This document shows positions 37,601 to 50,899 of a stretch of DNA of 64,000 nucleotides, piece by piece. Every line of letters begins with the position of its first letter. Within the stretch, counting starts at the first letter, position 1. The stretch lies in contig NC_068993.1 in NCBI RefSeq assembly GCF_001194135.2, positions 10,518,318-10,582,317 of the forward strand. The letters run 5' to 3'. The position numbers were made by a program, and so were the translations under genes. This DNA is from Octopus bimaculoides (Eukaryota). The notes below the pieces were generated by a model. The model saw only the letters and a list, made by a program, of their open reading frames with translations, did no database searches and had not been told where the DNA came from.

Positions 37601-38267
37601 TGATTCATTCATGGTATGTTCAATTGTGAACCAGGTTCACTGATCAGGGATTGATCTGTGATAATGTTCAGTGGAAGATTCTGCTTGGGTCACAAAACAT
37701 GTGCCCAGCAACTACTCACAATGCTCAGCTACCCAGGATGTACTGACAACTGCTTGTGCTTATATGACTCTGCTGCAAGGCTGTTTATCTTTTTATACTG
37801 ATTTTTAGCCCATAACAACATGGGACCAGTGGACAGAAAAACATATGAAGGGGCCTGATCCTAACAAATGATGCAAACAGGTGTGTTCTTTACAGGAAAG
37901 GGTAGAGATGATTTTATATCCTGGTGTTTGATAAACAATTTAACAAAGCAGGGGGAAAAGAAAATATTCACACGGCACAATGCAATTACTGTTACATGAG
38001 GTTAACTGCTCTCTGCCAAGGGCTCACAATGAACTGCTTTCCAACTACTCACAGTGCTCTATTTTATAGCAATATGTCAGTCCACTTGGAGGTGGTTGGA
38101 ATACTTCCACAACAGATAATCAAGAAAATATGCGATGGTAAAAGCTTCATTGCTGTGGGCCACAAGTTTGGTGTCAATAATGCTGGCATTCATTTCATTT
38201 ACAAAGAATATGAAGATGGTTTATATATATCACTGTGAATTTTTTGGAACCAGTGAAGGCCCATGGC

Positions 38268-38525
38268 TTAGTGGTTATGGTGTTCAGCTCACGACCGTGA
38301 GGGCAGGAGTTTGATTCCTTGACTTCATTCGATGGTTGTAAATAAGCATTGTCCATTTCCAGTTGTCTGTGTAAAGTGTGTTAGGTTATGAGGAAATATT
38401 ACCTTGGAAACAGGTGAGTGACAGGAAAGGCATCCAGCAATAGACAATCTGTTTGAACAAGCTGTATCCCATTCATGCAAACATGAATAAGTGGACATTA
38501 AGGACATTAAACAATGATGAGGATG
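38268..38525 (+). mobile_element. tRNA-like head followed by a subfamily I RTE-type tail
   Basis: tgaaggcccatggcttagtggtt...gagtttgattcc...gaggaaatattaccttggaaacaggtgag...ggacattaaacaatgatg. The tail is split by the A insertion. Confidence 0.6.
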
Positions 38526-38908
38526 TGTTGGCACTCCGTCGCTTACGACTTCGAGGGTTCCAGTTGATCCGATCAACGGAACAGTCTGCTTGTGAAATTA
38601 ACGTGCAAGTGGCTGAGCACTCCACAGACACGTGTACCCTTAACGTAGTTCTCAGGGATATTCAGCGTGACACAGCATGACAAGGCTGACCCTTTGAATT
38701 ACAGGCACAACAGAAACAGGAAGTAAGAGTGAGAGAAAGTTGTGGTGGAAGAGTACAGCAGGGTTCGCCACCATCCCCTGCCGGAGCCTCGTGGAGCTTT
38801 AGGTGTTTTCGCTCAATAAACACTCACAACGCCCGGCCTGGGAATCGAAACCGCGATCCTATGACCGTGAGTCTGCTGCCCTAACCACTGGGCCATTGCG
38901 CCTCCACT
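38526..38908 (-). mobile_element. SINE family A, full length, inserted in a (GAT)n tail
   Basis: TSD gatga(g/t)gatg at 38516-38525 and 38909-38918. Confidence 0.95.
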
Positions 38909-39249
38909 GATGATGATGTAGCAAGAATTTAAAGAGTTATTTGTATCACGGTTACCAATGAGGATTGGTGGTTAGAATTAGAACTTAGACCAAAGATTTT
39001 GATAGCATTGTCAGTAATTCTCAGGAATTCATTATTTGTGGCTATTGTTATTCCCTAATTTCTAAATAATTAGCATAGAATTGGTTTTTCCTTTTTATGT
39101 TTTCAATTTCAGGTTTACAATCAATATTATTGTCTTTCAAAAATACGGTTTAATTCAGTCGTAATTTGAGAACAGATGTTTCATATGTATTTTGTTATAT
39201 TGCACCATATGCTCTGCTGGTATTGTCTGTTTGTATTTCTAACCTTTGT

Positions 39250-39600
39250 GTGTATGCGTGTGATTGTGTGCGCATGTGTGTGTGTGTGTGTACATGTGTG
39301 TGTGTGTGTGTGCATGTGAGTGTGTGTGCATGTGAGTGCGTGTGTGTACATGTGAGTGTGTGTGTGTGTGTGTGTACACGTGAGTGTGTCTGTGTACATT
39401 GAGTGCATGTGTGTACATGTGAGTGCGTGTGTGTACATGTGAGTGCGTGTGTGTACATGTGAGTGCGTGTGTGTAAATGTGAGTGCATGTGTGTAAATGT
39501 GAGTGCATGTGTGTAAATGTGAGTGCATGTGTGTAAATGTGAGTGCATGTGTGTAAATGTGAGTGCGTGTGTGTAAATGTGAGTGTGTGTACTTGTGCGT
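39250..39600. repeat. 20-bp minisatellite evolved from (TG)n: (catgtgagtgcgtgtgtgta)n
   Basis: About 10 regular 20-bp units at 39395-39590, degenerate to the left. Confidence 0.9.
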
Positions 39601-39609
39601 GTATGTGCA

Positions 39610-40358
39610 GGCATTGGCCACATTTGGTTGGTGCTTTTTACGTGCAACCAGTATGGGGGCCAGTCAGGCAGACCTGGCATCAACCACATTCAGATGGTGC
39701 TTTCTACATGCCACCAGTACGGAAGTCAGTCAGGGGGCACTGGCAACAGCTACAATATTGGTTTTACTTGACTCAACAGGTTTTCTCAAGCATATCATAT
39801 CACATGACGCATCAGGGGTACTCTTAACAGGGCTGAACATGCGTGGCTGCGATCTCACTTTAGTTGCTGGGTTTTCTCAATCACAGCGTATCTCTAAAGG
39901 TCTCAGTCTCCTGTCATTGCCTCTGTGAGGCCCAATGTTCGAAGGTCATGTTTCACCACCTCATCCCATGTCCTCCTGCGTCTACCTCTTCCGCAGGTTC
40001 CTTCCACAGTTAGGGAGTGGCACTTCCTCACACAGCTGTCTTTATTCATACATAACACATGGGCCATACCAATGCAGTCGTCTCTCTTGCACACAACATT
40101 TGATGCTTCTTATGCCCAACTTTTCTCTCAGGGCACTTACACTCTGTCATGTGTACACACTGACATTACACATCCACCGGATCATACTAGCTTCATTGCT
40201 TTCAAGCCTACACATGTCCTCAGCAGTCATGGCCCATGTTTCACTGCCATGTAGCACAGCAGTTTACACACATGCATCATACAGTCTACCTTTCATCCTG
40301 AGCGAGAGGCTCTTAGTTGCCAGCAGAGGTAGGAGCTCCCTGAACTTTGCCCAGGCTA
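39610..40358 (-). pseudogene. 5'-truncated RTE-clade LINE: ORF C-terminus plus partial 3' UTR
   Basis: AWAKFRELLPLLATKSLSLRMKGRLYDACV*TAVLHGSETW..EDMCRLESNEASMIRWMC..RLHWYG/HVL..VEGTCGRGRRRRTWDEVVKHDLRTLGLTEA. The UTR is homologous to 21720-21900. Confidence 0.92.
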
Positions 40359-40429
40359 TTTTTATTCATGAAATTATTAAATTATAAAATTAATTATACT
40401 TTTAATTATTAAATTAATCATACTTTACT

Positions 40430-40860
40430 AGGAAATGGCTGAAGGTTAGTGATAGGAAGGGCATCCAGGCATTGAAAATCTGCTTCCAAACACTGTCTGA
40501 CCAACTCAAGCATGGAAAACTGTATGCTAAAACAACAATGATCCCTTTTTCTATTTTGTATGTTGGTAAACAAAACGACATGGTATAGGGTCAAGAGGAC
40601 CCTTTTATCTTGCTGAGGACATGACAACCCCTTTGGTGCCGGTGCCATCATAGAGATGCTTCCAGTATATTCTTTGAAGTGGTTGATGATAGGAAGAGTG
40701 CCCAACGGTATAAGTCTTGTCAAACATGTCATGCATGAGCAAGATTCAGTCTTCTGATTGGTTAAAGACAGCAGGAACTCTGAATCTGAGATGACATACA
40801 GTGCAACGATCAGATCAACCCATGCCAGTCCAGAAAGCAGACACATGAGGATGATGATGA
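40430..40860 (+). mobile_element. Two diverged RTE-type 3' ends
   Basis: gataggaagggcatccaggcattgaaaatctgc...catggaaaac at 40430-40540, and a second ending caacccatgccag...gatgatgatga at about 40860. Confidence 0.5.
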
Positions 40861-41846
40861 TATATGTGCATCCATGCACACACACAAACTANNNNNNNNN
40901 NNNNNNNNNNNNNNNNNNNNNNNNNNNNNNNNNNNNNNNNNNNNNNNNNNNNNNNNNNNNNNNNNNNNNNNNNNNNNNNNNNNNNNNNNNNNNNNNNNNN
41001 NNNNNNNNNNNNNNNNNNNNNNNNNNNNNNNNNNNNNNNNNNNNNNNNNNNNNNNNNNNNNNNNNNNNNNNNNNNNNNNNNNNNNNNNNNNNNNNNNNNN
41101 NNNNNNNNNNNNNNNNNNNNNNNNNNNNNNNNNNNNNNNNNNNNNNNNNNNNNNNNNNNNNNNNNNNNNNNNNNNNNNNNNNNNNNNNNNNNNNNNNNNN
41201 NNNNNNNNNNNNNNNNNNNNNNNNNNNNNNNNNNNNNNNNNNNNNNNNNNNNNNNNNNNNNNNNNNNNNNNNNNNNNNNNNNNNNNNNNNNNNNNNNNNN
41301 NNNNNNNNNNNNNNNNNNNNNNNNNNNNNNNNNNNNNNNNNNNNNNNNNNNNNNNNNNNNNNNNNNNNNNNNNNNNNNNNNNNNNNNNNNNNNNNNNNNN
41401 NNNNNNNNNNNNNNNNNNNNNNNNNNNNNNNNNNNNNNNNNNNNNNNNNNNNNNNNNNNNNNNNNNNNNNNNNNNNNNNNNNNNNNNNNNNNNNNNNNNN
41501 NNNNNNNNNNNNNNNNNNNNNNNNNNNNNNNNNNNNNNNNNNNNNNNNNNNNNNNNNNNNNNNNNNNNNNNNNNNNNNNNNNNNNNNNNNNNNNNNNNNN
41601 NNNNNNNNNNNNNNNNNNNNNNNNNNNNNNNNNNNNNNNNNNNNNNNNNNNNNNNNNNNNNNNNNNNNNNNNNNNNNNNNNNNNNNNNNNNNNNNNNNNN
41701 NNNNNNNNNNNNNNNNNNNNNNNNNNNNNNNNNNNNNNNNNNNNNNNNNNNNNNNNNNNNNNNNNNNNNNNNNNNNNNNNNNNNNNNNNNNNNNNNNNNN
41801 NNNNNNNNNNNATATATATATATATATATGGTCTTATAAAAATAAT

Positions 41847-41878
<32 letters not shown>

Positions 41879-42154
41879 TACCTACACGCACATGCATTAT
41901 GAATACATATATATATATATATGCACTGATATAAAAATGGTGTGTGTGTGTGAATATGCACATACACACACCTTATAATGTACATTATATATATGTATAT
42001 ATATATATATATATATAAAACTAAATACATATATATAACTAAATACATACACACACATATATAACTAAATATACACTCACACACACACATATATGAATAT
42101 ATATGAATGTGTGTGTACATATATACATGTGAGCACTATACATATGTGTGTTAC

Positions 42155-42189
<35 letters not shown>

Positions 42190-42780
42190 TTATGCACACA
42201 TATACATATGTACACACACATATATATATGTAATACACATACATATACACATACACACGTACATATATGTATATATATTATATATATATTTGTACATAAA
42301 ATATATATGAATTCACACACAAACATGAACTCTCTTATTCAAATAATTATACGTACTTTACATATATACACATACACACATGCTCTCTCTCTCTCTCTCT
42401 CTCACATATATACATGTATGTTTGCATGTACAAATATTTCTTTTTCAAACAAGTAAAAAAAAGAAGCTCAAACAATTTGTATATTTCTCCTCCCCCTCCT
42501 CTTCCTCCTCCTCCTTCTTTGCATTATGATTCTCTATCGATGCAAATGAAATAAGTCTCCAGCGAGAACTCTGTAGTGTATAAGAAACCGGTTAGACAGG
42601 TTTGAGACAAAAGGAACCCAGAACTTTAGAATTATAGGCTGAGAAACGCAGCAGTAGTCAGTTTTCTTTATGGATCATTTAAAGATTTTATACCTGTTAT
42701 TTTTGAATCATGAAAACGAGTACATACAACTGAACGATCTTGAAGTATTTCTTTATTTAATTATTTATTTTATCTACTTC

Positions 42781-42813
<33 letters not shown>

Positions 42814-42949
42814 TTGTATTGCTGTTTAGGCAATGATTTGGCAGGAATGACATAATGTCATATTACCTCATAGGTCGTGTAGTATTCAAATTCTTTCGGG
42901 ATTGATTAATTTGATTTTTGTTCTTTGGTGTTGTTTTGTTATTGTAGTT

Positions 42950-43152
42950 ATCTTTTGCTTGTTTCAGTCATTGGACTGTGGCCATGCTGGGGCTCTGCCT
43001 TGAAGGGTCTTAGTCAAACAGATCAACCAGGTACCTACATTTTCAACCTTGTACTTATTCTGTCACTCCCTTTTACTGAACTGCTAATTAGAGGGACATA
43101 AATGAACCAACACTGGTTGACATGGTGAAGGTGGAGACAAACAAAGTCACAA

Positions 43153-43186
<34 letters not shown>

Positions 43187-43350
43187 TCACACAAAGGGCT
43201 TCCACAGAGTTTCCATCTACCAAATTCATTCATTAAGGCTTTGGTTGGCCAGGGGCTATAAGAGTAGACACTTGCCCAAGGTGCTGTGCTATAAGACTGA
43301 ACCCAAAACCTTGTGGTTGCAAAATACACTTCTTAACCACACAGCCATGT
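42950..43350 (-). mobile_element. SINE family B, full copy
   Basis: Tail, (CA)n(TA)n and head are present. Confidence 0.85.
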
Positions 43351-43479
43351 CTATATTGTTGTTATTCTATTTCCAGCTTCTTGGTGAAAGATGTTCCAGC
43401 CAGGAAAATCCCATGTTTATTCAGTAATGATATATCATGCCTACACACATACACACATCTATCCATCCATAAGATAGGC

Positions 43480-43735
43480 TTCTTTCAGTTTCTCTCTGCC
43501 AAATTCACTTGCTAGGCTTTGGTCAGCCTAGTGCTGTAGTAGAAGACACTTGTCCATGGTGCCATAGGTGCAGGCGTGACTGTATGGTAAGTAGCTTGCT
43601 TACCAACCACATTTTTCCAGGTTCAGTCTCACTGCATGGCACCTTGGGCAAGTGTCTTCTGCTATAGCCTCAGGCCAACCAAAGCCTTCTGAGTGGATTT
43701 GGTAGATGGAAACTGAAAGAAGCCTGTCGTATATA
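43480..43735. mobile_element. Two B heads back to back (minus 43480-43570, plus 43572-43735)
   Basis: The plus head runs into (TA)n and the gap at 43774. Confidence 0.8.
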
Positions 43736-43737
43736 TA

Positions 43738-43773
<36 letters not shown>

Positions 43774-44487
43774 NNNNNNNNNNNNNNNNNNNNNNNNNNN
43801 NNNNNNNNNNNNNNNNNNNNNNNNNNNNNNNNNNNNNNNNNNNNNNNNNNNNNNNNNNNNNNNNNNNNNNNNNNNNNNNNNNNNNNNNNNNNNNNNNNNN
43901 NNNNNNNNNNNNNNNNNNNNNNNNNNNNNNNNNNNNNNNNNNNNNNNNNNNNNNNNNNNNNNNNNNNNNNNNNNNNNNNNNNNNNNNNNNNNNNNNNNNN
44001 NNNNNNNNNNNNNNNNNNNNNNNNNNNNNNNNNNNNNNNNNNNNNNNNNNNNNNNNNNNNNNNNNNNNNNNNNNNNNNNNNNNNNNNNNNNNNNNNNNNN
44101 NNNNNNNNNNNNNNNNNNNNNNNNNNNNNNNNNNNNNNNNNNNNNNNNNNNNNNNNNNNNNNNNNNNNNNNNNNNNNNNNNNNNNNNNNNNNNNNNNNNN
44201 NNNNNNNNNNNNNNNNNNNNNNNNNNNNNNNNNNNNNNNNNNNNNNNNNNNNNNNNNNNNNNNNNNNNNNNNNNNNNNNNNNNNNNNNNNNNNNNNNNNN
44301 NNNNNNNNNNNNNNNNNNNNNNNNNNNNNNNNNNNNNNNNNNNNNNNNNNNNNNNNNNNNNNNNNNNNNNNNNNNNNNNNNNNNNNNNNNNNNNNNNNNN
44401 NNNNNNNNNNNNNNNNNNNNNNNNNNNNNNNNNNNNNNNNNNNNNNNNNNNNNNNNNNNNNNNNNNNNNNNNNNNNNNNNNNNNNNN

Positions 44488-44528
<41 letters not shown>

Positions 44529-45624
44529 AAAAAGACACACATGCATGTGTATGTGTATGTGTGATGGTAACTTGACTCATTGCTATTGTTTATGGCAGAC
44601 ATAATTGAATGTAACACTTACTTGTAAGAAATCAATATTATTAACACAATCATGTTGCCAGAGACTAAATCTTCAGATTCTCTTGTATTTACTGTCTTTT
44701 CAATAGTATTTCTTAATTTCTTCCAGACGTTCCTCAAAATGCAGTGAATCTTCGTAAAGTGAGAATACATTTTTTTTCTTATTTTCTATTTCTTTTCTTC
44801 TTTTTTTTATTGGAAGATGATTTGAATATTATGAATGAGGCACATTAACTAGTTCAATCAAATTACTAATTTATTGAAAATATAATAAATGATTTTATTT
44901 TTTAAATTGTACTGTTTTGTGATAGTCATTTTACAGTTGGATGTCATGCTAAATTAGGAGTAAAGATTAACATAAACGAAGTTGATTGTCCATACAATGG
45001 TTTCAAATTTCGCTACAAGGGCAACGATATTGTGGGGAGGGGGATGAGTTGATTATATCAACCCCAGGATGATCTGCTGAGCCCCAGGGATGCATCATGC
45101 TCCATGTTAACTTCAGTATGGTCTCTATGGCCTGATGCCCTTCCTTACACCAACCACATTACTATATGCATAAAACATGTAATTATGACTGATGTTATTC
45201 AAACACACAACCTTCTAATCTGGAATGTATGCAGAAAAAGCAATCAGCTTCTTATTTGTCAAATTTCTCCAATACAAATTAGAAGTTAACTAATTTAAAG
45301 AACAAAGCTACTTTAATGAAATTTGGGCAGCAACAACTATAGAATTTTTTTTTTTTTTTTGTTACTGTTTGCAAACTAAATTTAGAGAGCATGTACGAAG
45401 TAATTTCTTTCTTTCTTTCTTACCCAACATGTGAGGGTATGGATGGCTGAGCTGATATGTGTTTATGGTGTAGTGTGATTATCCTCACTGGGCCAAGAGG
45501 GAGAGGCGCTGGCTATAGCCTTTACAGGTTATGTTTGTTGATAGGATACAGGTCATCGACCAGTGAAGAGGTCAATGGTCTGTGTCTTGTCAATGACATT
45601 GATGTGTACATTTATGGTCAAGTG

Positions 45625-45920
45625 CAGTGGTTCTCAACTGAGGTCCACATGATCCCTGGGGAACCATGTAAGATTTTTGGGATTCATGCAAGCACTATAG
45701 TAAACTGGAGATCTACAATAGTATATTAAAGGTCCATGAAAAAATTTTACTTTAGATATATCTATTGCAAGTAACAGCTAGGTTTCTTTCTCTGACATTT
45801 TACATAGTTCAGCTTACACAAGTTAATATATGATAAAAAAAATAGGAATTTTGAAAGAAGTATCTATAAAACTAGCTTTTAGACATCAAATGGCTATGGG
45901 GGTTCACCAGAATAAAATTG
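45625..45920 (+). mobile_element. Possible hAT/Charlie-like MITE (left end only)
   Basis: Begins cagtggttctcaac. No intact right TIR was found. Confidence 0.4.
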
Positions 45921-46130
45921 TAAACTGGCCATATCTGGCTCAAACATTCTACCTGGTTCATGTTCAAACTAGCCAGATCCAGCCCCTCACAACTACTCTG
46001 CAATGTTATTCTAAAAATAAACAATCACATTATCAAAATCTCAAAGCTGTCAGCTAATACAGGATTAATTCAGAACAATGTGGATAAATAAGCATCACAT
46101 TTGACAGGGTAATTGGTTATGTTAATGAGT
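45920..46130. mobile_element. MITE family G (reverse orientation)
   Basis: Aligns to rc(36910-37131). Confidence 0.7.
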
Positions 46131-47964
46131 TAAAGGAAATTTTGAAGGACATTTTAAATCTAGATCACTTAATAACAAGAAGTTTGTATCATAGAACCAG
46201 TGGTAGTCTTGGACAGATGAATATTAAAAGGTTTAATGACATAATATGAAATCTTATAGGTGTAAATGTGTGTCATAAAATTTCATTGAGGTGCTCGCAA
46301 CCAGCTGCATCTTATCTGCATGGGAGAGGGAGAGTCTTCTAAATTTATAAGTATAGATTTAACTGTTTTTTTTTTTATATATATATTTACAGTGGGTGTG
46401 GTCTTAAGAATATATACGAAAGAGAAAGCAAAAGAAAAAGGAGTGAGAAAGCTAAACGAGAAAGGACATATGAAGAGATAATGATAGAAAGAAAGAATGA
46501 CTGCGAAGGAGAGGAATAAGTAAGAGGTCTATGACCTTCACAACTGTATATTTTGTTGCATCTGTGTTTGTATGAATCTCTGAAAGGTAAGAGCATAAGG
46601 ACACCAACTTTAAAACTATGACAATTCTTCTTCAAGCAGCTGCAACCAAAATAGATGTAATTACATTTTGATCTGGAAGGAAAAGAAAATGGTTTTCCAA
46701 ATTTTTTTAAATTTCAAAATTGTGTATGTGTGTATTGAATGTGCTTAAATAAATAANNNNNNNNNNNNNNNNNNNNNNNNNNNNNNNNNNNNNNNNNNNN
46801 NNNNNNNNNNNNNNNNNNNNNNNNNNNNNNNNNNNNNNNNNNNNNNNNNNNNNNNNNNNNNNNNNNNNNNNNNNNNNNNNNNNNNNNNNNNNNNNNNNNN
46901 NNNNNNNNNNNNNNNNNNNNNNNNNNNNNNNNNNNNNNNNNNNNNNNNNNNNNNNNNNNNNNNNNNNNNNNNNNNNNNNNNNNNNNNNNNNNNNNNNNNN
47001 NNNNNNNNNNNNNNNNNNNNNNNNNNNNNNNNNNNNNNNNNNNNNNNNNNNNNNNNNNNNNNNNNNNNNNNNNNNNNNNNNNNNNNNNNNNNNNNNNNNN
47101 NNNNNNNNNNNNNNNNNNNNNNNNNNNNNNNNNNNNNNNNNNNNNNNNNNNNNNNNNNNNNNNNNNNNNNNNNNNNNNNNNNNNNNNNNNNNNNNNNNNN
47201 NNNNNNNNNNNNNNNNNNNNNNNNNNNNNNNNNNNNNNNNNNNNNNNNNNNNNNNNNNNNNNNNNNNNNNNNNNNNNNNNNNNNNNNNNNNNNNNNNNNN
47301 NNNNNNNNNNNNNNNNNNNNNNNNNNNNNNNNNNNNNNNNATTTATTGTGCTTTTAATTATTAATTTTTCTATATGTGATAGTGGATTTTCATCGATGAG
47401 TTCTTGAAACTTGGTTATTTTCCCTAAAACTATATATTTTATCTATAAAGCTTAATTTAATTTGAATTTTTTATAAATTGCTTTTAATTGAGTTTTTACC
47501 TGTAATTTTGGATTTTGTCCCTAATATTATATATATATATATATCAATATATATATATATATCAATATATATATATATATATTTAAAACTGACAAAAACA
47601 AAACTAAACTCTTACTCATCTCTACTACACAAACCAGATGCTGTCCTTTTAGCCATCTACTACATTACCACTATATTTATCAAACGTGTGTGTGTGTCCT
47701 TGTCTAGACATCACATGCAAATGCCTGGCTTTTGAAAGGCCTGTCAGCTCATAGTTACCCTGTACCCTAGAACTAACTACCTTTGAAGTTACCCTGTTTC
47801 TACAGATCCTAGGTTAGGAGTTTTTCTGCTAAGATGCGGCTTAAGGCAGATTTGGGTGCCATTTTCTCACAGGTCAATCAACCACATAAAAGCTATTTCA
47901 TTGGTTCACAACAGAATGAAGAACAGAACATAATAGTCTAATATAAGACAACATAATTGATATT

Positions 47965-48237
47965 TACAGTTCTATATTTAAGAGATGAGGAATTCTGTAC
48001 ATTATTTACATTCAACGGATATTTGTCCTCATCTTGTTCGTTGTTAACACAACGTTCCGGCTGATATACCCTCCAGCCTTCTTCAGGTGTCTTGGGGAAA
48101 TTTCGAACCTGGGTTCTCATTCCTAAGGTATTTTTCGATGTTATTATTATTATTATTAATGTTCAGGTCAATCCTTGGAATCAAACTCGGAATCTTGGGG
48201 TTAGTAGCCCACGTTCTTAACCACTATGCCATATGCC
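47965..48237 (-). mobile_element. tRNA-headed element carrying a Penelope-type hammerhead motif
   Basis: A box tggcatagtgg (48221-48231), B box gagtttgattcc (48177-48188), (TAA)n spacer, then the hammerhead at 48046-48091. Confidence 0.7.
48046..48091 (-). ncRNA. Minimal type I hammerhead ribozyme motif (one core substitution)
   Basis: gacac-CTGAAGA-a-GGCTG-gagggtatat-CAGCC-GgAA-C-GTT-gtgtt. Stem I 5 bp, stem II 5 bp, palindromic stem III ACGT; GAAA reads GGAA in this copy. Confidence 0.75.
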
Positions 48238-48249
48238 TGTAATTGATAT

Positions 48250-48432
48250 TTAATCATTATTATCATCACCATCTAACATCTGTTTTTCCATGCTGGTATG
48301 GGTTGAACTGTTTGACAAACTGTGTCAAACTCCTACTGTCAGCTTTGGCATGGTTTCTATGGCTGGATGCCCTTCCTAATGCCAACCACTTTAGAGAGGG
48401 TACTGGGTGCTTTTTACATAGCATCAGCACCT
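48250..48432 (-). mobile_element. RTE 3' end (family C), diverged
   Basis: tggctggatgcccttcctaatgccaaccac. Confidence 0.75.
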
Positions 48433-48829
48433 GATGATTTCATATCTCTCTCCCTCTCTCTCTCTTAATTTGTTTAATAATTTGGTAACAAAATTAAGCC
48501 AACTTCCATTATTTTGTACATTTATATATATTTATTTGCTTGTTTATCTTAAATATCAATGTGAATAACAAAGAATAAATTATAATATGCAAAAAAGGAA
48601 AACAAATAAAAATAAGCAAAAATTATAATTAAATAAATTACAAAATAAAACTGTAGGAATTTTTGTTAAAAGGAATAAAAATAAAATTAAAAAATTCCAT
48701 CTCATTTCACAAAATAATTTTTAGATTATCAACTTTAAAAAAAAACAAAAACCTCTCTGTAAACAATATTTGTGGTGATGGCTTTTGTGGAATGGAAACG
48801 GTAAATCAAAATGCCAAACGTTTAACATT

Positions 48830-49125
48830 TTAGCTGATGATGATGATGATGATGGGACATATGATGATAATGAAGAGAGGGGTGATCATGATGATGAGAG
48901 AATGATGACAATGATTTTGCTGTTGATGATGATGATGAAGAGAATGATGACAGAATGATGACAATGTTGATTTTGTTGCTGATGACAACAATGATTATGA
49001 TGATGGTGATGATGATGATGGGGAGATAACAATGACGATGTTGGTTTTGATACTGATGACAACAATGATGACAAGGGATTGATGATGAGAATGAAGATGA
49101 CGATGATGATGATGATGATGTGTTG
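48830..49125. repeat. Complex (GAT)n microsatellite
   Basis: Degenerate GAT/GAC/AAT trinucleotide array. Confidence 0.9.
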
Positions 49126-50899
49126 TAAGTAATATTATCATTGTTGTTTGGCTCTAGGTCAGCACTGATTATGGAAAGTTGGTCAGATCTCTGGCCAATG
49201 GTATTCCAACCATGGCTATTGTTCAGCCCCACACATATATATATACATATACTTAAATGCACTACGGCCATGACCATCCCATCTAATTTTTAGACAAATT
49301 ATAGTCAAGGACAACATATTTTCAAAACACTAGACTGTGATTTCAGGGAGATTTGGCTACCATTTCTAAGAGGTCAAACACTCCCTCACACTTCCATGTG
49401 CTTAGTTTGAAGAATAATTTTATCATTACTTAAGCTCAATGTTTTCATGACAATATTTCTAAAGCATACTATTCATGCATCTAAATTAATTTTGAAAATA
49501 ACCAAAAATTTGGAACGATTTAATGAAAGAACCTTTTCATTATTGTAGCTGGCAATTTGGGAGTATAACTCAACAAAAGACCCTCACATAAAATTTTGAT
49601 GGATGGTTTTAATCTAAAAATGACTCTAGGGTACCATGGCCCTTTTTAACTATTTCACAAAAAGTTAAAATAATAGAATAACAAAATGACACAATTACAC
49701 AGAGTAATTAACAAAGCTAGTTAAAATTAAACAAGTTATGCTAATTAGATTGTCTGTATAGTAATGAACATCTAGATTAATGATAAAGTTTTGACATGAA
49801 TCCCTGAAGACATGTTGCTTTTGTCAGTTTTATCACTGCAGTCATTTTCTTCATTTCTTTCCTCAGAATATAATAAAAGTTATTTTTACATCACTACTGC
49901 TGTTCCCAGCATTATCAATAACCTGATCACTATTAGTGTTATCAATCATGTCACTCATCCTCCTATAAAATTATTAAAAATTACTAAAAAAAAAAAAAAA
50001 TGCCAAAAACTGACAGGAAACTTCTGAAAACTATACCTGTTAACTGTATGATGTAATCTGCAACATGATTGGTTTGTGATGAAGTTGCTAACCAATCAAG
50101 AAGAGGGTTACATTTGTCGGCTGATATATTAGTGATTGTAGTCGTTTTTTGCTACATCACTGAGTTTAATATATTACTATAAGGGCTAAATTAAGGATTT
50201 TGTGTTAAAGACTAGAAACAGTTGCAGATGGGTTGATATTGAAATGGTTAAAGAACATCAAAATACAAATCAGAATCTTGAAATACCTGGCTGTGATCCT
50301 CTAATAAGCGAAGAACATATTCAATGATATCATTTGGTACACCAGAAAACTACCCGTTGAAATGTACACAATGGGGTTCACTTCAATTTGAAGGATAATG
50401 AGTGAGGAAGGCTGGCTCCTGAACAGACACAGTAAAATGAGCCATTATAGGATTAGAAAGAGATGTTTGGAAAAGTGAAGGGAAGTCTAAGTGTAGGTGG
50501 GGAAATATAATCCAATTTCACAAAATAATTTTTAGATTACTAATTTTGAAACCTTTCCACTAAATAACAATACACTTCTAATATAGCTTTAGTATAATGA
50601 AAATGGTAAAATGAAATGTCAAATTTTTAACATTTTAGTTTATCGAAATTCAGATGGTAATGAGAATTGGGAAGATGCGGTAGTGAAGAAAATGCCAAAT
50701 TTTTCATACTTTCATTTCTAACAACAACAACAGCAGAAGACTACAACAATAGGAAAAACAGGATGATCAAAGGAGATAAAAGCATAAATAGAAGAGGAAT
50801 CCAAGCAGATAAAAACAATGGTGAGAATGGGGAAGAAAAGGAACTGGTATTGCATGAATAATTAATTTATGAGAAGAACTGAAAGTGAAGACATAACAC

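Noticed and set aside
42535-42700. Octamer ATGCAAAT and a CpG-containing stretch as a possible promoter
   Set aside because: A single short motif is expected by chance in 64 kb, and no linked gene or snRNA is visible.
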